NCBI GenBank assembly: GCA_012295275.1
Contig: CM022679.1
Location: forward strand, 25,358,001 to 25,422,000
Length of the DNA: 64,000 nt
Direction of reading: 5' to 3'
Source of the DNA: Chrysomallon squamiferum
Taxonomy: Eukaryota > Animalia > Mollusca
Shown: positions 12,296 through 28,067 of the stretch, in pieces
Position numbering within the stretch: position 1 is the stretch's first letter
How the letters are laid out: every line of letters begins with the position of its first letter
Made by a program: the position numbers and the translations under genes
The notes under the pieces: generated by a model
The model's database searches: none
Told to the model about the DNA's origin: nothing
The model's input: the letters and a program-made list of their open reading frames with translations, nothing else

Positions 12296-15200
12296 TTACA
12301 AAAACACAAAATACACTGACTGGATAACAACATGCAAATGTATTTTAACATGGAGTTCTTTTTGATGATCACATTCTGGAATAGTTTTTATCAAACTGGA
12401 ACTGATCACCTGGATCATTCACCTGTTGTATTCACAGTTCATCAGCCACATCAATAAGCCAGGGCAGTGACCTTTGACCACATTTTGTTGACTGACATTA
12501 GTGTAAATTTGAAATTTACCCAGCTTCTCAGAATGTAGTGTTAGAACTAATATTATCAGAGTACATAGTTAAAGTCAGTTTAAGAATTAAACATTTTTAA
12601 AATATGTATTTTTTTTAATCAGTGTTTTTATCGTAACTCTGTATTCGTTATTATCTGTGATGTTAATACAAGTAATCAAACTTAGAAAATATGTGTATTT
12701 GTTTTAATCTTTTCTTGAGTTCTTTATATTAATTTAATCTCTTAGTTTATATCTTTTTTATATACATTTTTTTTTTTTAACTGGGTTTTTAAAAAAACAA
12801 ACAAAAAAAACAACAACAAAATCCCCCACAAATCTATTGATGATATGACAATGGTGGTAACATCAACTTTCACAGGTTAGAGAGGTTACCTGACCTCAAA
12901 CAACATATAACTGCTTGGACCTGAGGTATTGACAGATAGGATCTGATGATTGACACAGGACATTATCTAGTTTACCCAAACCTCAGGGCATCCCCATTTC
13001 TACCTGTTTATGCCAACACTTTGAGCCGAAGCTGATAATTCACATTGTGTGGAGCTGAGAGTTATCACACTTTGCTATTACAGGCATGCAAATATTTTAT
13101 TTTCACAATTTTTCATTGTGACTGTGACCTCTCTGTCAGTTTGCATAATTAATCAGTTATTAATATCTGTCAGTATTTACATTCACAACATTCTGTAGTG
13201 GGGATTTCTGTCTGTAGACTGTCATTGTATCATCCAGTGCTGAATTCGTTATTAATTTTTAAATTTCGTATGAAAAATTAAAGGAAAATATTTTAGAATT
13301 TTTCTTGTCAGCATAATGAAGTGTCAGCATAATGAAGTTATGCAGGTAATTTAAATTTTCAGTGGTTCTGTGAAGAAAATTAGAATAAAGGAATTTTTGT
13401 TCATTAGAAATCTCATTACATTATTAATTTAAAAGAGGCATGGCCGTTTATTTTGCATCATTCTTTTAAAAAAAATATTGATTCAATTCCAAACATAATC
13501 TGATAATGATTGTTACGTTCAATAATGTTAAATACATGTAAATTATAGATTAATATAATATAAAAGTATATAGATATTTTTTATTTCTAAATACAGACAA
13601 TAAAGGAGATGTGGAACTATAACTTACTGTTTCTTTATAAAAATGCTTCCATTACTGAAAAATATTTTCCACTTTTAGAAAGAATGAAATAAAACTAATA
13701 CACATTACTGCACATTGAAAACAAAAGGATTGTACATACAATGATCTTTACAATGGACATCCCAAACATATATAAATAGGCTCATTAGTTACAAAATACA
13801 AAATAAAATTAAACACGAACACACATGCACACACGTGCACACATGTACTGAGTAATTACATTATATACAAGATTAATAGAAAAGTTCTATAAATTAGTTA
13901 ATATAAAATGTTCTTTTGGTCCCAGTTTCTTTGTTTATTATTATTAATATTATTTTAATGATTTTTCAGTAGTTGTGTTAGTTTACAATTTTTTATTTTT
14001 AATGGCATTTTTTCTTCTACTTGTTACTCTTTTGTTATTATTACTTTTTTTTTATCTTTATAATTTTATATTTGAAAAAGAAAGTGAAATTTTTTTATTA
14101 TTTTGTATCCTTTTTGTCATTTTATTTTATTTCAAAATATGTTTAAGAAATTCAACCTGTGTTCATATTTCAAGTTTTATTCTGACTTGAATAGAATTAC
14201 ACAAGTTACAAAAGTTAGGCATTATATTCAGAAAAAATAAAAAGTTTTATGAAGAAATATAAATTACAAATCTTTACATAACAAAGCTTTTTTTTTTTTT
14301 TTTTTTTTTTTTTCTTCAGTTAGTGAATATATAATAAGTATTCCTGAAGATCATTCTCAGGGTATTCATTCCTTTTTTTTTTTTTTTTTTTTTTTTCTTT
14401 CCCTTCTTCTTCTTTAAAACTATTTTCGTTACAGAAAAAGAATAAATCAGATTTGAAAAATACTGAACTTGGTATTCCTATCACTAGGTAATATATATAA
14501 TTAAAATATGTATATAATATAATATAATATATGGTCTTGGGTGGATTTGATCAGAGTTGTAGGTAAAACATATTCATTATTTTACAGACAATTTCAGGTA
14601 GTGACTCACCTGCCTAACAAAGGACGCTGTTTTGCATTTAGTGTTGTTCATACAAGCAGCTACAGCTGTAAAAAAACAGATTTTTGTTGTTGTCATTTGT
14701 TTACTGTTATATACTTTAATATTTCATTTATTTATATATATGTGTGTATTTAAAATAAATAAATAAACTACTTATAAATCAAATTTTGAAACTGTAGAGA
14801 CATTTTCAAGCCATCTTATCATACCTTGTTGACCCAACGCTGTAGCTGTAACCTTGACCTATGAATAATAACAACCTATCTGATACACCTAACTTGGTAA
14901 ACACTTCTAATGTACCTTTTGCTATAAATACGAGCTATTTGTCACACTTGTAAATGCCTTCAGGTTGTAGACAATAATAAAATGTATTTACTACTTAAAA
15001 TATTTGTGGTGATGCTGTCAGCAAATCAAAATCTATTTATTTTGTTAAAATATTTGCTAAAAGTAAAAAAAAAAAAAAAAAGACTGTTACATTTCTCTTA
15101 AAAATATTATTTTTTATACAATAATATGCACATTAGATGTCTCTTTTAAATATTGATTAAATATATAAACAGTGAATGGCGTGCATTTTTAAGCTCCTTA

Positions 15201-18200
15201 ACTTAAGCTTCAACTGATATGGGGGCCATTTACAAGCAGTATCAGGATCTGGTAACCACAGTTATCTGTTCTGTGACAAATCATCATAATTCATATAAAT
15301 ATTTTTTTTTAATTTCACCACGGCATCTCTGATTTGGATTAAAATGTTGAAGCAGTGTGGACTAAAGACATTTTTGTAGCACACTTTTGACTAGGGGCCA
15401 TGAAGCTTAAACTTCATTAGTTTCATAATAGATCCTTCAAGTTTTCTAGAAATCAGTCAGTATTGACAAAAACGAATCTACTAGTTTACATATATTTATT
15501 CTCGGGATATTGAATTTTCTGCCCATCATCTTCACTATATCACCTTAAATCTGAGACGTGTGATAAACACTGATGCATTGTGCTTGAATTCTACAAATAT
15601 ATTTTGCAATTTATTTTACGTAATAATATGAATCATAATAGTTTTCCTGTTACACAGCCAGGCAAATGAATCATTCTTGGCACATTCATAACCTCATTAA
15701 ATTTCATTTATAACACACTTTACAGGTTGGTTTTATCATGCACAGAACAAAAACTATGAAAGTTTATTATTGCACAATGACTCTTTCATCACCCTGTTTA
15801 TATAATAAAGATAAATTGTGCAATGTGTAAATGATATATTCACCCACCCTTATGTATTAAACTTGTTTACATTTTACTTGGGTATCACTTACAGAGGCTG
15901 TTAATGACTTCAAGGATAAGTTGCATAAAGGTTTGTTTTTCACACTGAATTTAAAGTGCATAAATCTTATTTTATTTTATAGGTGTATGTGTAATGGAAA
16001 TTGTTGACACTGAATTTAAAGTGCATAAATCTTATTTTATTTTGTAGGTGTATGTGTAATGGAAATTGTTGACACTGAATTTAAAAAGGATTTTCATAAT
16101 TTTTAATCTTTGTAGCCAAATTTGTTTTTTGTTTTTTCCTTTTCTTTTTTTTGACTAAACAGATTAGACTTAAATGTTTTATCAGTAGTGACAGCAAATT
16201 ACAATCTGCCATTTTAATTGAAAAATTCCTAGCCATACCATTTAAAGGTAAACATCCCAGCTGATTTCACAGCTTTTGAAATATGTTTGAATCGCTACTT
16301 GAAAAAAATATATTTTCAGAATTTTTTTCAGTAATTTTTAAAAAAAATCAGTGCTATTGTTATTACTACATACCATAACACATTTTTAATAGTAGTAGTA
16401 GTAGAATCTGCAGTAGTGGTAGTAATGGTAGTAGCAACAATTGTAATTAATATTATGCACAAATATAAATAAACAGTAGTGACTAAAAACTGGATCGTGT
16501 CTGTTTAAGATATCTTCAGTATCTGTATCATACCTTTGAATCATAATGCTAACACAATAACAGATAATATAGATTATATACATAACAGATAATATAGTCA
16601 TTGCTGTAAATCTGTTATTGTCTTAGATTAAAGTGGGTATATTCTATCTGTATTAGCCAGGAAATCAATTGTCATATATAACATGTGGCCATTTTAAATA
16701 GCATAAACAGACTAAAGCTTTAAATCTTTATTTATATTTGATTTTTAATTCAAATGAAAGCTGTGATTTTCAAAAAAAATAGACAAATGAAAGTGTATTT
16801 GTACTTATAAATTCATAATCTTTTTTAATAATTCTCACTAATTTGTTTCCTAATTTGGTATATTTGATCATTAGCATTACTGAATATAATTACAAACTTA
16901 GACTGTATATTTTGCAGAATTCATCTTAAAATGTTTCCAGTCGCAGAAGATTGTAAAATAACACTGCATTTGTCGACTGTTATTGAACCCTTACACACTT
17001 TTATTGAAAACTGTATTTCTTCCTTGCTCTTGTTAATGTAAAATGTGTGTCCCAAACACATTCTTTCACTCTGTGAATACTCGAACGTTATGGTTAGTTC
17101 CACTTAGCAAGTAGTCGTGAGTTTATTTGTTAATGTACAGTTTAATTTTTCGCAGACAGCATACTAACTGCAGATCGATGGAAAAATACACACAAAATGA
17201 CCTCAGTTTGTCATGAGCATAATTAAATTTTAAAAATAAATTTGATTTTCCCCAGGGACAGAAAAATCTGTAGGATATGTATACATCAGACAGGACAGTT
17301 TCCATGGAATTTGATTTTAGAGAACTTCAGAATACCACGCAATGGCTGCCACTGATATTGAGTGTTGGACAAAATAATGTCCGCCAATGATATCAAGTGT
17401 TTGACTAAATAATTGTTCTGTCTAGACATTTCTTGTGTGTAGACTTCTTAGCTAAAGAGTAAATTATAGGTTTACTTCATTAATTCTTCCAGACAGGCTT
17501 TCATCATTTCAAATTGCAGAATACTCTGTCAATTAATGCCGTCAATCATCTATTTTTAACTATGTTTATTAAATATTTTAAATTTTTCTGTGGAGACAGT
17601 TTGATTATATAGATCTGACATTTAGTCAGTAAACACTTTTTTTTTTTCTTTTTTTTAGCTTTGTTTGAGTTTGGAGGGGTAGGAATATTTATTAAGGTTT
17701 GTAAATTAATTTTCAGATCATGTTCTTAATTTTGCAATATTATCTTTCTTTATATTTTTTTCCACTTTCTTAATTATAGTTGTTATTTTTAATTAATTTG
17801 CCAACTGTGATTAATCAGTATTGTCTAGAAATCAATGGAATAATATTGCCAAGAAAATGTTGGCCTCATTTAATTGTTGCTTAAAATTTTATCTTTTTAA
17901 TAATGGATATAGATAACCTAAAGAAGAGAGAGGGGTAGGAGATACCGTGATAGTTTTTTCATATATAAACTTGTTTCATTATCATTGTACTTTATAATTA
18001 AGAAAGGATGATACTCAAAAATGAAATCAACAGTTACAAAAATACTGTATAATATATTTATTTATAAATTTTTAACAATTCACATGAAATATAACAAAAA
18101 GTGCCTGTATATATATGATATAAATAACTAGACCATACTGTAGTTCTTGAAAGCTCTAATGCAACACATACCTCCCTGTGTTGTAAACAAATTAATCAAG

Positions 18201-21200
18201 TGACCTTGTTTCACAAGTGTCACAGAGTAATAATAAATAAAAATAATTTCTTGTTTTGTTTTCCATTTTTCATTTTTTTTTTTTTTTAATGATTTTAAAA
18301 TATTTCCTACATTAAAACACTGCTGAAAAAGAATATTGTCACATCACATTAGTGTAATCCTGTTGACAGTTTAGATGTTTTGTTTGTTTATTAGGTGTTT
18401 TTGTGTTTAGAGGTGTTTTTTTCCCTCTTCTTTGTTCATCAGAGGTGCCAAGATTAAAGAATTATTATTATTATTATTTTGTTTTTGACATTGTGTTCCT
18501 GTAAAAAGAAATATATTATAGAATATTCCTTCCTGATTTGAAAAAAAGAAGAAGAAGAAAAATGGAGAAATTTTAATAAATTATTACAGGTGTTATAATT
18601 CAAGAATGAAATGAAATACAAATTAAAAATTTAAAAAAAACAAACAAATACATAATTTGTAGAATTTGTCATATCATTGTCTCACCATTCTGTTCATTAC
18701 ACTAAAATTGTACAAAGAAATGAGCAAATGGTATTTATTAAAATCTTAATTTGGTTGTTCAGTATTTGAACTCTTTTCAGATTATAGTATATTTTAAATA
18801 AAATCATTGTTGTTTGTTCACTGAGATGTAAAGGGTTAAGTTGTTGATTTTCCATTATTTTGCACACTCAGCATCACTGTACAGTAAAGTTGCATTTATA
18901 TAAAAGATAATTAAATAAATTTGCATTCATGGCATCAGAATTAAAGTAAAATTTACAATCCAAGAAATTGTGATACATCTTCAAACCTTTTTTAAAACAT
19001 TTATTGCTTTTATATTAACCTTTGTTCAAATATATAACTGCATTTTTCATTACCAAAAGAGTTTCAAATTTTTGTCATTATAAAGAAGCATTTATCAAAA
19101 AAAGAAAACAACACATAGTAATGTTTTCATAAGGCTTTAAGATGATTTCAAGTAGTTGTATCATTACATTTTTTTCTACCCATAGAGTTTCAGATTTTTG
19201 ATAACCAGCTGATTAGTTTAATAATTATAAAGAATTATTTTGCAGGCATTTACCAAATGAAAGAAACTGATAAAGTTTCATAGATTTTTGTGGTATTTTT
19301 AGTATTTTTTAGTCACGATTTTCACCTGATTACCAGTGATATATACTTATAATTATCTCTGCCAAAAAGAGTTTAAAATATTATGATAACTAAATGTTTG
19401 ATTATGTTTGATATATATGTATAAAATTTACCAAACAAAAGAAAACAACACAGTTACTCAGATTCTTTAAGACTTTTAGCTGTTTTAAAATAATGTGTAT
19501 AAACATATATTTTATTTTGCCCACAGAGTTTGTCATTAAAGTCAGACGAAGAATTGGCACAAGAAGCTTTGACAGCAGACAATACCAGTTTCATCTCTCA
19601 CTTGTTTCAAGCACTTCATCGGTCATCTCTGATCTGCCCAGACTGCAACAAACACAGCAACACCTTTGATGCATACCTGTGTGTGTCGCTTCCTCTTCCA
19701 CAGAAATGTCCTCGCTCTGTCTTTATCACCATCGTCCCTTTAAGGAGAGAGGGACAGTTGAAGATTGGACTCAAGATGAACACGTACGACACTGTGAAGG
19801 ATCTTAGGACGCAGGTGTCAGAAGCTATGCAGATTCCATTTTCTCAGGTAATCAAAACAAATCTCAACCTTTTGTGTCCGAGTTGTTGTCAGTAGAAAAT
19901 GGCCTGTTTGAAAATCAAGGTGCTAATTGATTCAGTAGCAGCAGAAGATGTAACAGAAATATGTGACTGTGTAGAGAAATTATAAAAAAAATAAATATCA
20001 AAAAAAGGTATTAATGTGATTAAATATATGACAAGTAGTTACTGATTCTGAATTTTAAATGGTTAAAATGTATGGATTTCTTTATCTATATATTTTATTA
20101 TTATTATTATTATCAAGTAATATATGTCCTTAATTTCATTCTTAATTTAAATGTCTGTTTTAAAATTTCCATGATTCTTTAGAGGTTCATAAAGACAGTT
20201 TTATTTTTACCTTTTTATTACATTTAAAAATGCAAATTATGTGTTGTAAAATTTTATTTATTTTTTTTTTTTTTTTTTTATTTTTTTTTTTTGGAATACT
20301 TACAATGTTTAATAGCAGACTTAGACTGTTTTTAGTCTGTATATATTTTGTTATTTTATTCCTAGGATAAGCAAAAAGTTTTTAAAATGACACAAAGTTA
20401 TTTAAGATATGTTTAAAATAATTTGTTACAAACACACACCACACTCACATACATCTATTTAATGCATATGTCAATTCAGTTACCTTCAAAATCAAGTTAA
20501 ACAATAAATGCTTTACAATCTTCATATTTCATGCACATTGTATTCTGTATAAATATTAAACCATTTCATTTACATATTAAACATTTCCATTTGATGACGA
20601 TAACTTTTTGACACTTTAATTGCTGGCCTTTGGCTTCAGAGGTGTCAGCCTCTTAAAGTAAGTCTAGAATCAAGATAATTTATGTTCTTTGTCAAACGAT
20701 ATAACTGTGTAGAGAGACCATTTAGTGCCAGAAGCTGCGACAGTTTATTATAACGGTCATCATGAGGATTAATGTTGTAGTATAAGCAGCCACTGTTAAA
20801 GCCTGTTAGTATGTAGCACATTAGCAAGTTCTTTATCAGCAATCATCAGATAAACTCACAGAAATGACAGTGATAGCTCCCACAGTGCATCACACAACAG
20901 GTCAAACTGATAAATACTGAGCTACAAACAAAATAAAATATATTATTTTACTTTCATACTAGGTTTTATCTCATCTGACTAATGTTAGGCTGCAGGATCA
21001 ATAATCCCAAATGCAGTGATTAGTCTGTTTCCCATTCTAGACTCTACTACAAGTCTGGTTTATCAAAAGTGTAGTTTGTACCTCTTCCTTGATGGGAAAT
21101 GATTGATAAATACTTACTCCTATGTGAAAGTACCTGTATGTATTTGTCCTATAGGAAAGTATACTTAAAAATAATGAGCATAATCCATTTTGTTTGTTAT

Positions 21201-23030
21201 GTGTTTCTTAGATACCATTTTAAAAAAAAAAAAAAGATAATTAACATTATATACATACTTATAACAGACAGAAAGCATTAATACTTACAATAAGAAGTAC
21301 TGAAATGTTTGTTAAATACCCTTTTTTATATTTTTAATACATGAGAAAATCATGTATTATAGGTATTAAAAATTTATAGAAAGAAAAATTGAGTATATTA
21401 AATTAATTCAGGGATATATAATACAGATAAATAATTACTTTTTTTTTAACATGGATAAAAGATTAGAAATGTATTTCAGGTACATAAATAATTTTTGTGT
21501 GTAGGTTTATGTGTATTGAAAATTAAAATTAAAGAATTAGTTTTAAATCTAATCACTGTTTGTTTCGTAAAAATATTTATTTATATACAAATACATACTT
21601 TTTTTTAAATTTATTTATTATTAATTTATTTTATGACTTTTTTTTATCTTGGCAACACCAAGCATATTTGGCAGTTATCTGTCATGATTTACTGTCAAAC
21701 CACATTTTTATTACAAACTGTAACATACCTAATTTCCTTCACACATTTGAGAATGGGTTTAGAACCTGTATGAAAAAGGTTTTTAAAATGATATTAAGAA
21801 ATAATAGCTCAGTATCTATCATTTTTGGACAGGTTAATGGCTGTTTTTAATGACATTTATTGTTTCTGAACTCTGTAAAATTAATGATAATGGTATACTA
21901 GTTAGTCGAGGATAGTTAAACTAATCTTTTGACTAGATCTCTGTTTTCAGATTCCTGATATTTTAGCTATACATTTAATAAAATGAATGACTGTTATCAC
22001 TTTATTATGAAAAGGTTCATATGCAAAATGGAATATATCTTTCTCAGTTATAATTATAAAATACATTCAGTTAAAGGACATTATAAAGAGCAAAATATAC
22101 AAAAGTGTTGTTCAGTTTTATCACTTTATTAAGAAATGATTCATAAACTAAATTTACAACTTTTTTTTAGCAGACGCGTAAAAATCCTAATTAGTTTTTA
22201 ATTCCCAAAACATTAAGCTAAGCATAAATTCTGGTGAAATGTGTCTTTTTTTTTTTTTTTTTTTTTTTTTGTTGCTGATGTGTAATTGAATAGCATCTCA
22301 GAGCATCAACAAGGAATCTAATAAAACAAAATGAAGCTGGCAAAAATAATATTATTTAGAATCTTTTTTTTAATGAATCATCAGCTCTTTATAGCATCAG
22401 TTCAGTCATATGGTTTATGTCTGAGGATGACATTATATAAAAAAACAAATAAAACATTCAACATCCTTAGAAACAATAATCAGTGGAGAAATGTGTAATC
22501 GTTGACTAGTAGAACTAAGAAGATTTGATCCCACAAACCGTAACACCTCACTCTAACACTTTCCTGAAGAGCTGCAGATTGCACATTAACAAGAAGTAAT
22601 CCTGGAAACCATCACACCTCAAAATTCTAACATTCTTCTGCTCAGCTACAGATTCCATTGACAAGAATCATGCAAAACATAACACCACAACCCACCATTC
22701 ATCTACAAGCAACAGCCTATTGTTAATAACTTTTTTTTAAATTTATTTTTAAAAATACTTTTCTAAAAATTTTATTTTCAGTTGGTGCTTTGTCAAATTT
22801 ACGATGATGGGTTTCGTTCAACATACACTGATGAACAGCCTCTTTCTGACATTCATGACAACGAACCGTTTCTGTACGCCATTGAACTGAACGAAAACAA
22901 AAACCCGTCTATGTCGTCTGACCGCTACGAGACACCTTACATCCAGCTGATTGTCATTCACACAGAGAAGGTCACCAGTCCTTTAGGATAGTAAGCAAAA
23001 TTTCATTAAAGTTCATATATCTAGTACATT

Positions 23031-23064
<34 letters not shown>

Positions 23065-23882
23065 CTGTATGTGTGTTGTGTGTGTGTTTCTGCACAGCAG
23101 ATTGATATCAGTATGTGCTCTGTGTATTAACTGACTGTAAGGGAATAGTCCTTAAAATTATTACAGCTTTAAAAAAATCTTCTTTTTTTTTTTTGTTGTA
23201 GCTAATTGTTTGTTTATTATTATAACTATATATATTTTTTATTTTTATTATTATTATGTTCTTTTTATCCCACGTATTTTAATAGTAAGTTAAATCTGGT
23301 TATATTTGTATATTGCAAAATTGATGTATTTACCTATACATCCAAGCACCCACAAACATATTTATATATATATATCATGGGTGTAACAAGACTGTATTGG
23401 AAATAAGACAAAAACACTTAACTGCTGAGCACAGTGGTCAAAAAAGTTTGGGCAAAGGGTCTGGAGGAATAAACAAGTTCATTCAGTGGATATCATTTCT
23501 ATCAGAATAGAGATTTATATTTTATATTTTGAATAAATCTTTTTTTTTTTTTTTAAATATTTTTTAAATAAAGTCTTTGCCATGTATATATATACACACA
23601 CATCCATACTGTTTAATTATTCTTATAATTAATGCATCATTGAAATAAAAGCAAAGAATGATTTTACTAAAATATTTTGTAAATGTCGTAAGTCAGTTAA
23701 TAAACATTTTTTAAACTGTGTTGTTGTTTTCAGTTACAGATTTTGTAGGCCCCAGGTATTGCGTGTGCCAAGAGATTTCAATTACAACCATCTCCAGCAA
23801 GAAATCTTGTATGAACTGGGAAAAGCTGTCAAAGATGAAGTTGTTCCAAAGGTTAGAGAAAATTTCTACTCCTTTTGAGGGA

Positions 23883-23955
<73 letters not shown>

Positions 23956-24213
23956 CACGTGATACATTTTATATTAAATTGAAGGTGTATGTCAGTATCT
24001 ATTTTATATCACAGTTTCACAAGTATTCATGTAATTATATTTGTGTTGTATTATAGATATTGTAATTATTTCAGATCATATTTTAAAATGTTAATGATAT
24101 TAGCTCAATACACTTACCTATTTGTATATTTTGGTAACAGGTTTTTTTTTTTCTTTTTTGTTTGTTTTGGTTTTTTTATTTATGTTTATTTATTTTTTAT
24201 TAATATTATACTG

Positions 24214-24246
<33 letters not shown>

Positions 24247-24628
24247 ACCTGTATATGTAACACATTTTATATTAAATGTCAAATTACTGAAGGTGTGTGG
24301 GCTGATTGTGTGTTTTATATCATATTTAACAAGTATTCATGTAAACAGTTATATATATATAATAATCAGATTTTGTAATTGTTTTAGATCATATTTTAAA
24401 ATACTAATGTTGTTAGCTCAGTACACTTACCTATTTCTATATTCTGGTAACTATTTTTTGGTCTTTGTTTATGGTTTACTTTGAACAGAAGAATAACACC
24501 CTGTTTCGACTAAGAATTGTAGATGGCTACCCAGGACGTCCCATTTATCTTCAGACAGATGTAGAAATGCCTTTCTTTACCCAGGCTGTTGACAGGTACC
24601 AGATTTTTTTTGTGTTTTTCTTAGATAG

Positions 24629-24663
<35 letters not shown>

Positions 24664-26443
24664 TACAGGTACAGATAAACATTCTGTTTTGTTTTTTTAT
24701 ATATATATATAAAATATGTTTCCTTTTTCTTTTTTTATTCCTTTTCTTTTCTTTTTTTTTTCTTTTTTGTTGTTGTTGTTGTTGTTGTTCTGTTCTATAA
24801 TGGCTTTTTTTAATATTTAAATTAATTCAAGAATAATGTAATATAGTGTACTTAGGCTGAAACTCTCAACATTTGGACAAATCTCAGGTTTGTGCCATTT
24901 TAGATATATTGTAAGCACAGGTGCAATCAAAGAAAAAACCCTCTGCATTAGACCTCCATTAATCTTACAGATTGTTTGACTGAGTTGTTTTTTTATTTGT
25001 AAAGTGTACCAGTATGTTCCATAACATATTTTATAATGTTATTTTTATGTTTTATTTTAATGTTAAACAACTTTTGATTAAAAAAAAAAAGAAGAAGAAA
25101 AAGAATTGTTTACTAATTAATTTGTTTCTGAAAAGGTTTCTGAATAAACACTGAAAGTAGAAGATGATTTTCTATTTTTTTTTGTGTGTTTTCTTTTTGA
25201 AGTAAAAGAAAATTTGTTGATCTGTTTTGTTTTTTTCTCACCGAATGAAATTTTTAATAATTATAATATATTATTTTTTCGTATACTGTAAGTAAATAAA
25301 TAGGTGTTTAATATCTGTTCAGTGCTTCTTATTCTTAATATTAATGCTAACTAAATGTCTGTTTTAAGCATGTATGTGCATGTGTGTTTGTGTGTGTGTA
25401 TCTGAGGGTGTGCACACTGGGTGTGTCTTTATTAATAAATATAAACAAAACAAAAAGGCCTCCTAATATGAACAACAGACACTAATTATTCCCTTTCCAG
25501 GCAGCGCTCCAGTGAATATAAATCAAAAGTCGTGCAGTTTATCAATAACACAAGTTCAATTACAGTGACAGATTTCATCATAACATGTTATTTAAAAAAA
25601 AAACTATATTTAACATTGACATTTTGATGCACATTAATGACAGGTATTTCTATGTTTGTTGTAATGTAAATTTGTGTATGTGTGTGTGTGAGTTTGGTTG
25701 AGAATGTTATTTATATATGTTTTTGTTGTTTATGAGTGTATGGTTGTACATAGGATTTTTGTTATGTATAGGATTTTATATTTTTATTATTTTATTTATA
25801 TTGTTTTTTTTATTGTTTTTATTTTTTTATTATTATTTTTATTTTTTTAAATTATTTTCAGAGCTTTAAACTACAGTGAGAGATTTGGAACTCCTCATCT
25901 TAAACTAGTGGCAGAGTGGGAGCCTCATGTCAAAGAATGGTAAGCTTGAATTCATCTGTTAAAACATTCACTTCACTTCACTTCAGTTTTAAATACTTCA
26001 ACATGGTATCCAGAATAACATGGACCTATGATGGCTTCCTGAACAACTGCTTCAAACAGATATAACAGTGATTGACAGAAATGTAACAGCTTTTGAAACA
26101 ACAAAGGACATCTTAAATTTGTAGGATTCTGAATACCTTCATTATTTTGCTGACTCTGTTATAAAACAAGTGGCTCAAACTAGAATAATTGTTTTTATAA
26201 AATTCAATACAAATTATAAAAATAGTGTTATTTTTGTAGAGACAGTATGAAAAGGCACTAAACAAGGAACATTTTAAATCAATTTACAATTGCTAATTAC
26301 ATTTAGGGTTTTAGTTTTCTTTATTAACTGCTTATATCAGGTTGAAAGAAAAAATATTTAAAAATATTTCTTTATTATTATTATTATTAGATATAAACAT
26401 GTTTTTATCTTTCTCTTTTTCTTTCTCTTACTCTGTATCTACC

Positions 26444-26522
<79 letters not shown>

Positions 26523-27577
26523 TCCTTTATTGTCACAAATACGTTTGTATTTTTCAGTATCATAGTCAACGATGAAGATTATGTCACCGAACACTCGTCT
26601 GTACACAAACTACGCCTGGCACAGCAGCATGCCTTAACTACAACAATAGACGAGTGTTTCACAATGTACACACAGACAGAAGAGGCGAGTACTGTCATGC
26701 AGTTGTTCACAGTTTCATATCATTTTCTGAACAAAAAGAAACCCTTTATTTCGCACATCATTACAGATGTACATTTTAAATTCTGGATTGCACTGAAGCA
26801 CAGTATACTGCAGTTATGTTCTGCAGACCGTGTCAGGGAAATGCTTCAGTTGCTGTAATGAGAGTTATAATGAAAATGTTATCATTACAGTTATTATTGT
26901 TCTGCCTCAACCATGTTTCTATATCAATTTTTTTTTTTTTTTTTAATTAAGCTGACTATTTGGAAATGTTTTGTCATGTAACTGATATCACTAATTCAGA
27001 GAGGTTAAAAAAAATTATTTTTCATTTAGTATTTTTCTTCATCAAGATGGGCAAAAATGGCCAATATTAAAAAGATTTTATTTGAGATAAAATAAACTGT
27101 ACATTCTGCCTATGATTACTACTGTCATTGTTATTTATGTTGTGTGGTAAACTGCTTGGTAACATGACATCCAGTGGTTGTGTTTAATGTATCAGAAATT
27201 AGAACAACCTGAGAATATATTATTTATATTTAACTATAATAAGAGTAACAATTGAATCTAAATAATGTGATAATGTTTCTCTTGTGGATTTGTTAGACGA
27301 TTTTGGGGGGGTTTTTTGGTTGTTGTTTCTATTTTTATTTTTTATTTTATTTTAATTTTTAATTTTTTAATTTTTTTTTAATTGTTGTTATTTGATGGGT
27401 GGATCACAGTATGTTTATGTTCTTGATTTAATTTCTTGGCCTATTAATATTTTGTATTTTTAGTTCTCTCCCTCTTATTTTAATTTGTTGTCATTTATTT
27501 TTTTTATTATTGTTATTTGTTTTTAAATTTAGAACAAAGAATAAAGAAATCTACTTTGTTGCAATTTTTATTTCAAA

Positions 27578-27619
<42 letters not shown>

Positions 27620-28003
27620 TTTAAAGTTATAATAATGTTAGGACCATAAGTTTATAAAGTGAGAAACAAAATCTTGCCCTAAATATGTTCAGATAGTCGT
27701 AATATATTATTTTCATAATTTCATTAATGTGTATTCTTCTACAGTTAAATGGAGATGATGCATGTTTGTGTTCACATTGTAAAAAACAAAAACAAGGAAC
27801 TATCAAAACACTGGGTCTGTGGTCACTGCCCAACATCCTGGTTCTTCATCTCAAAAGATTTAAACAGGTACTTCAAAATATTTATACTTAATAACCCTTT
27901 ATTTGTCAAAGACTTGATAAGAACTGGTTTTAATATATAATTTATCAGTAGATAAATGAGTAACTTAATATAAGTAATTGCTGCACTTATACAACTTTAA
28001 ACA

Positions 28004-28067
<64 letters not shown>

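Noticed and set aside
16915-17415. CpG-richer patch with short ORFs and a 33-bp duplication in USP31 intron 1
   Set aside because: No frame-compatible exon and no recognisable protein. Exons 1 and 2 already join without a gap in the domain. Probably an old repeat fragment.
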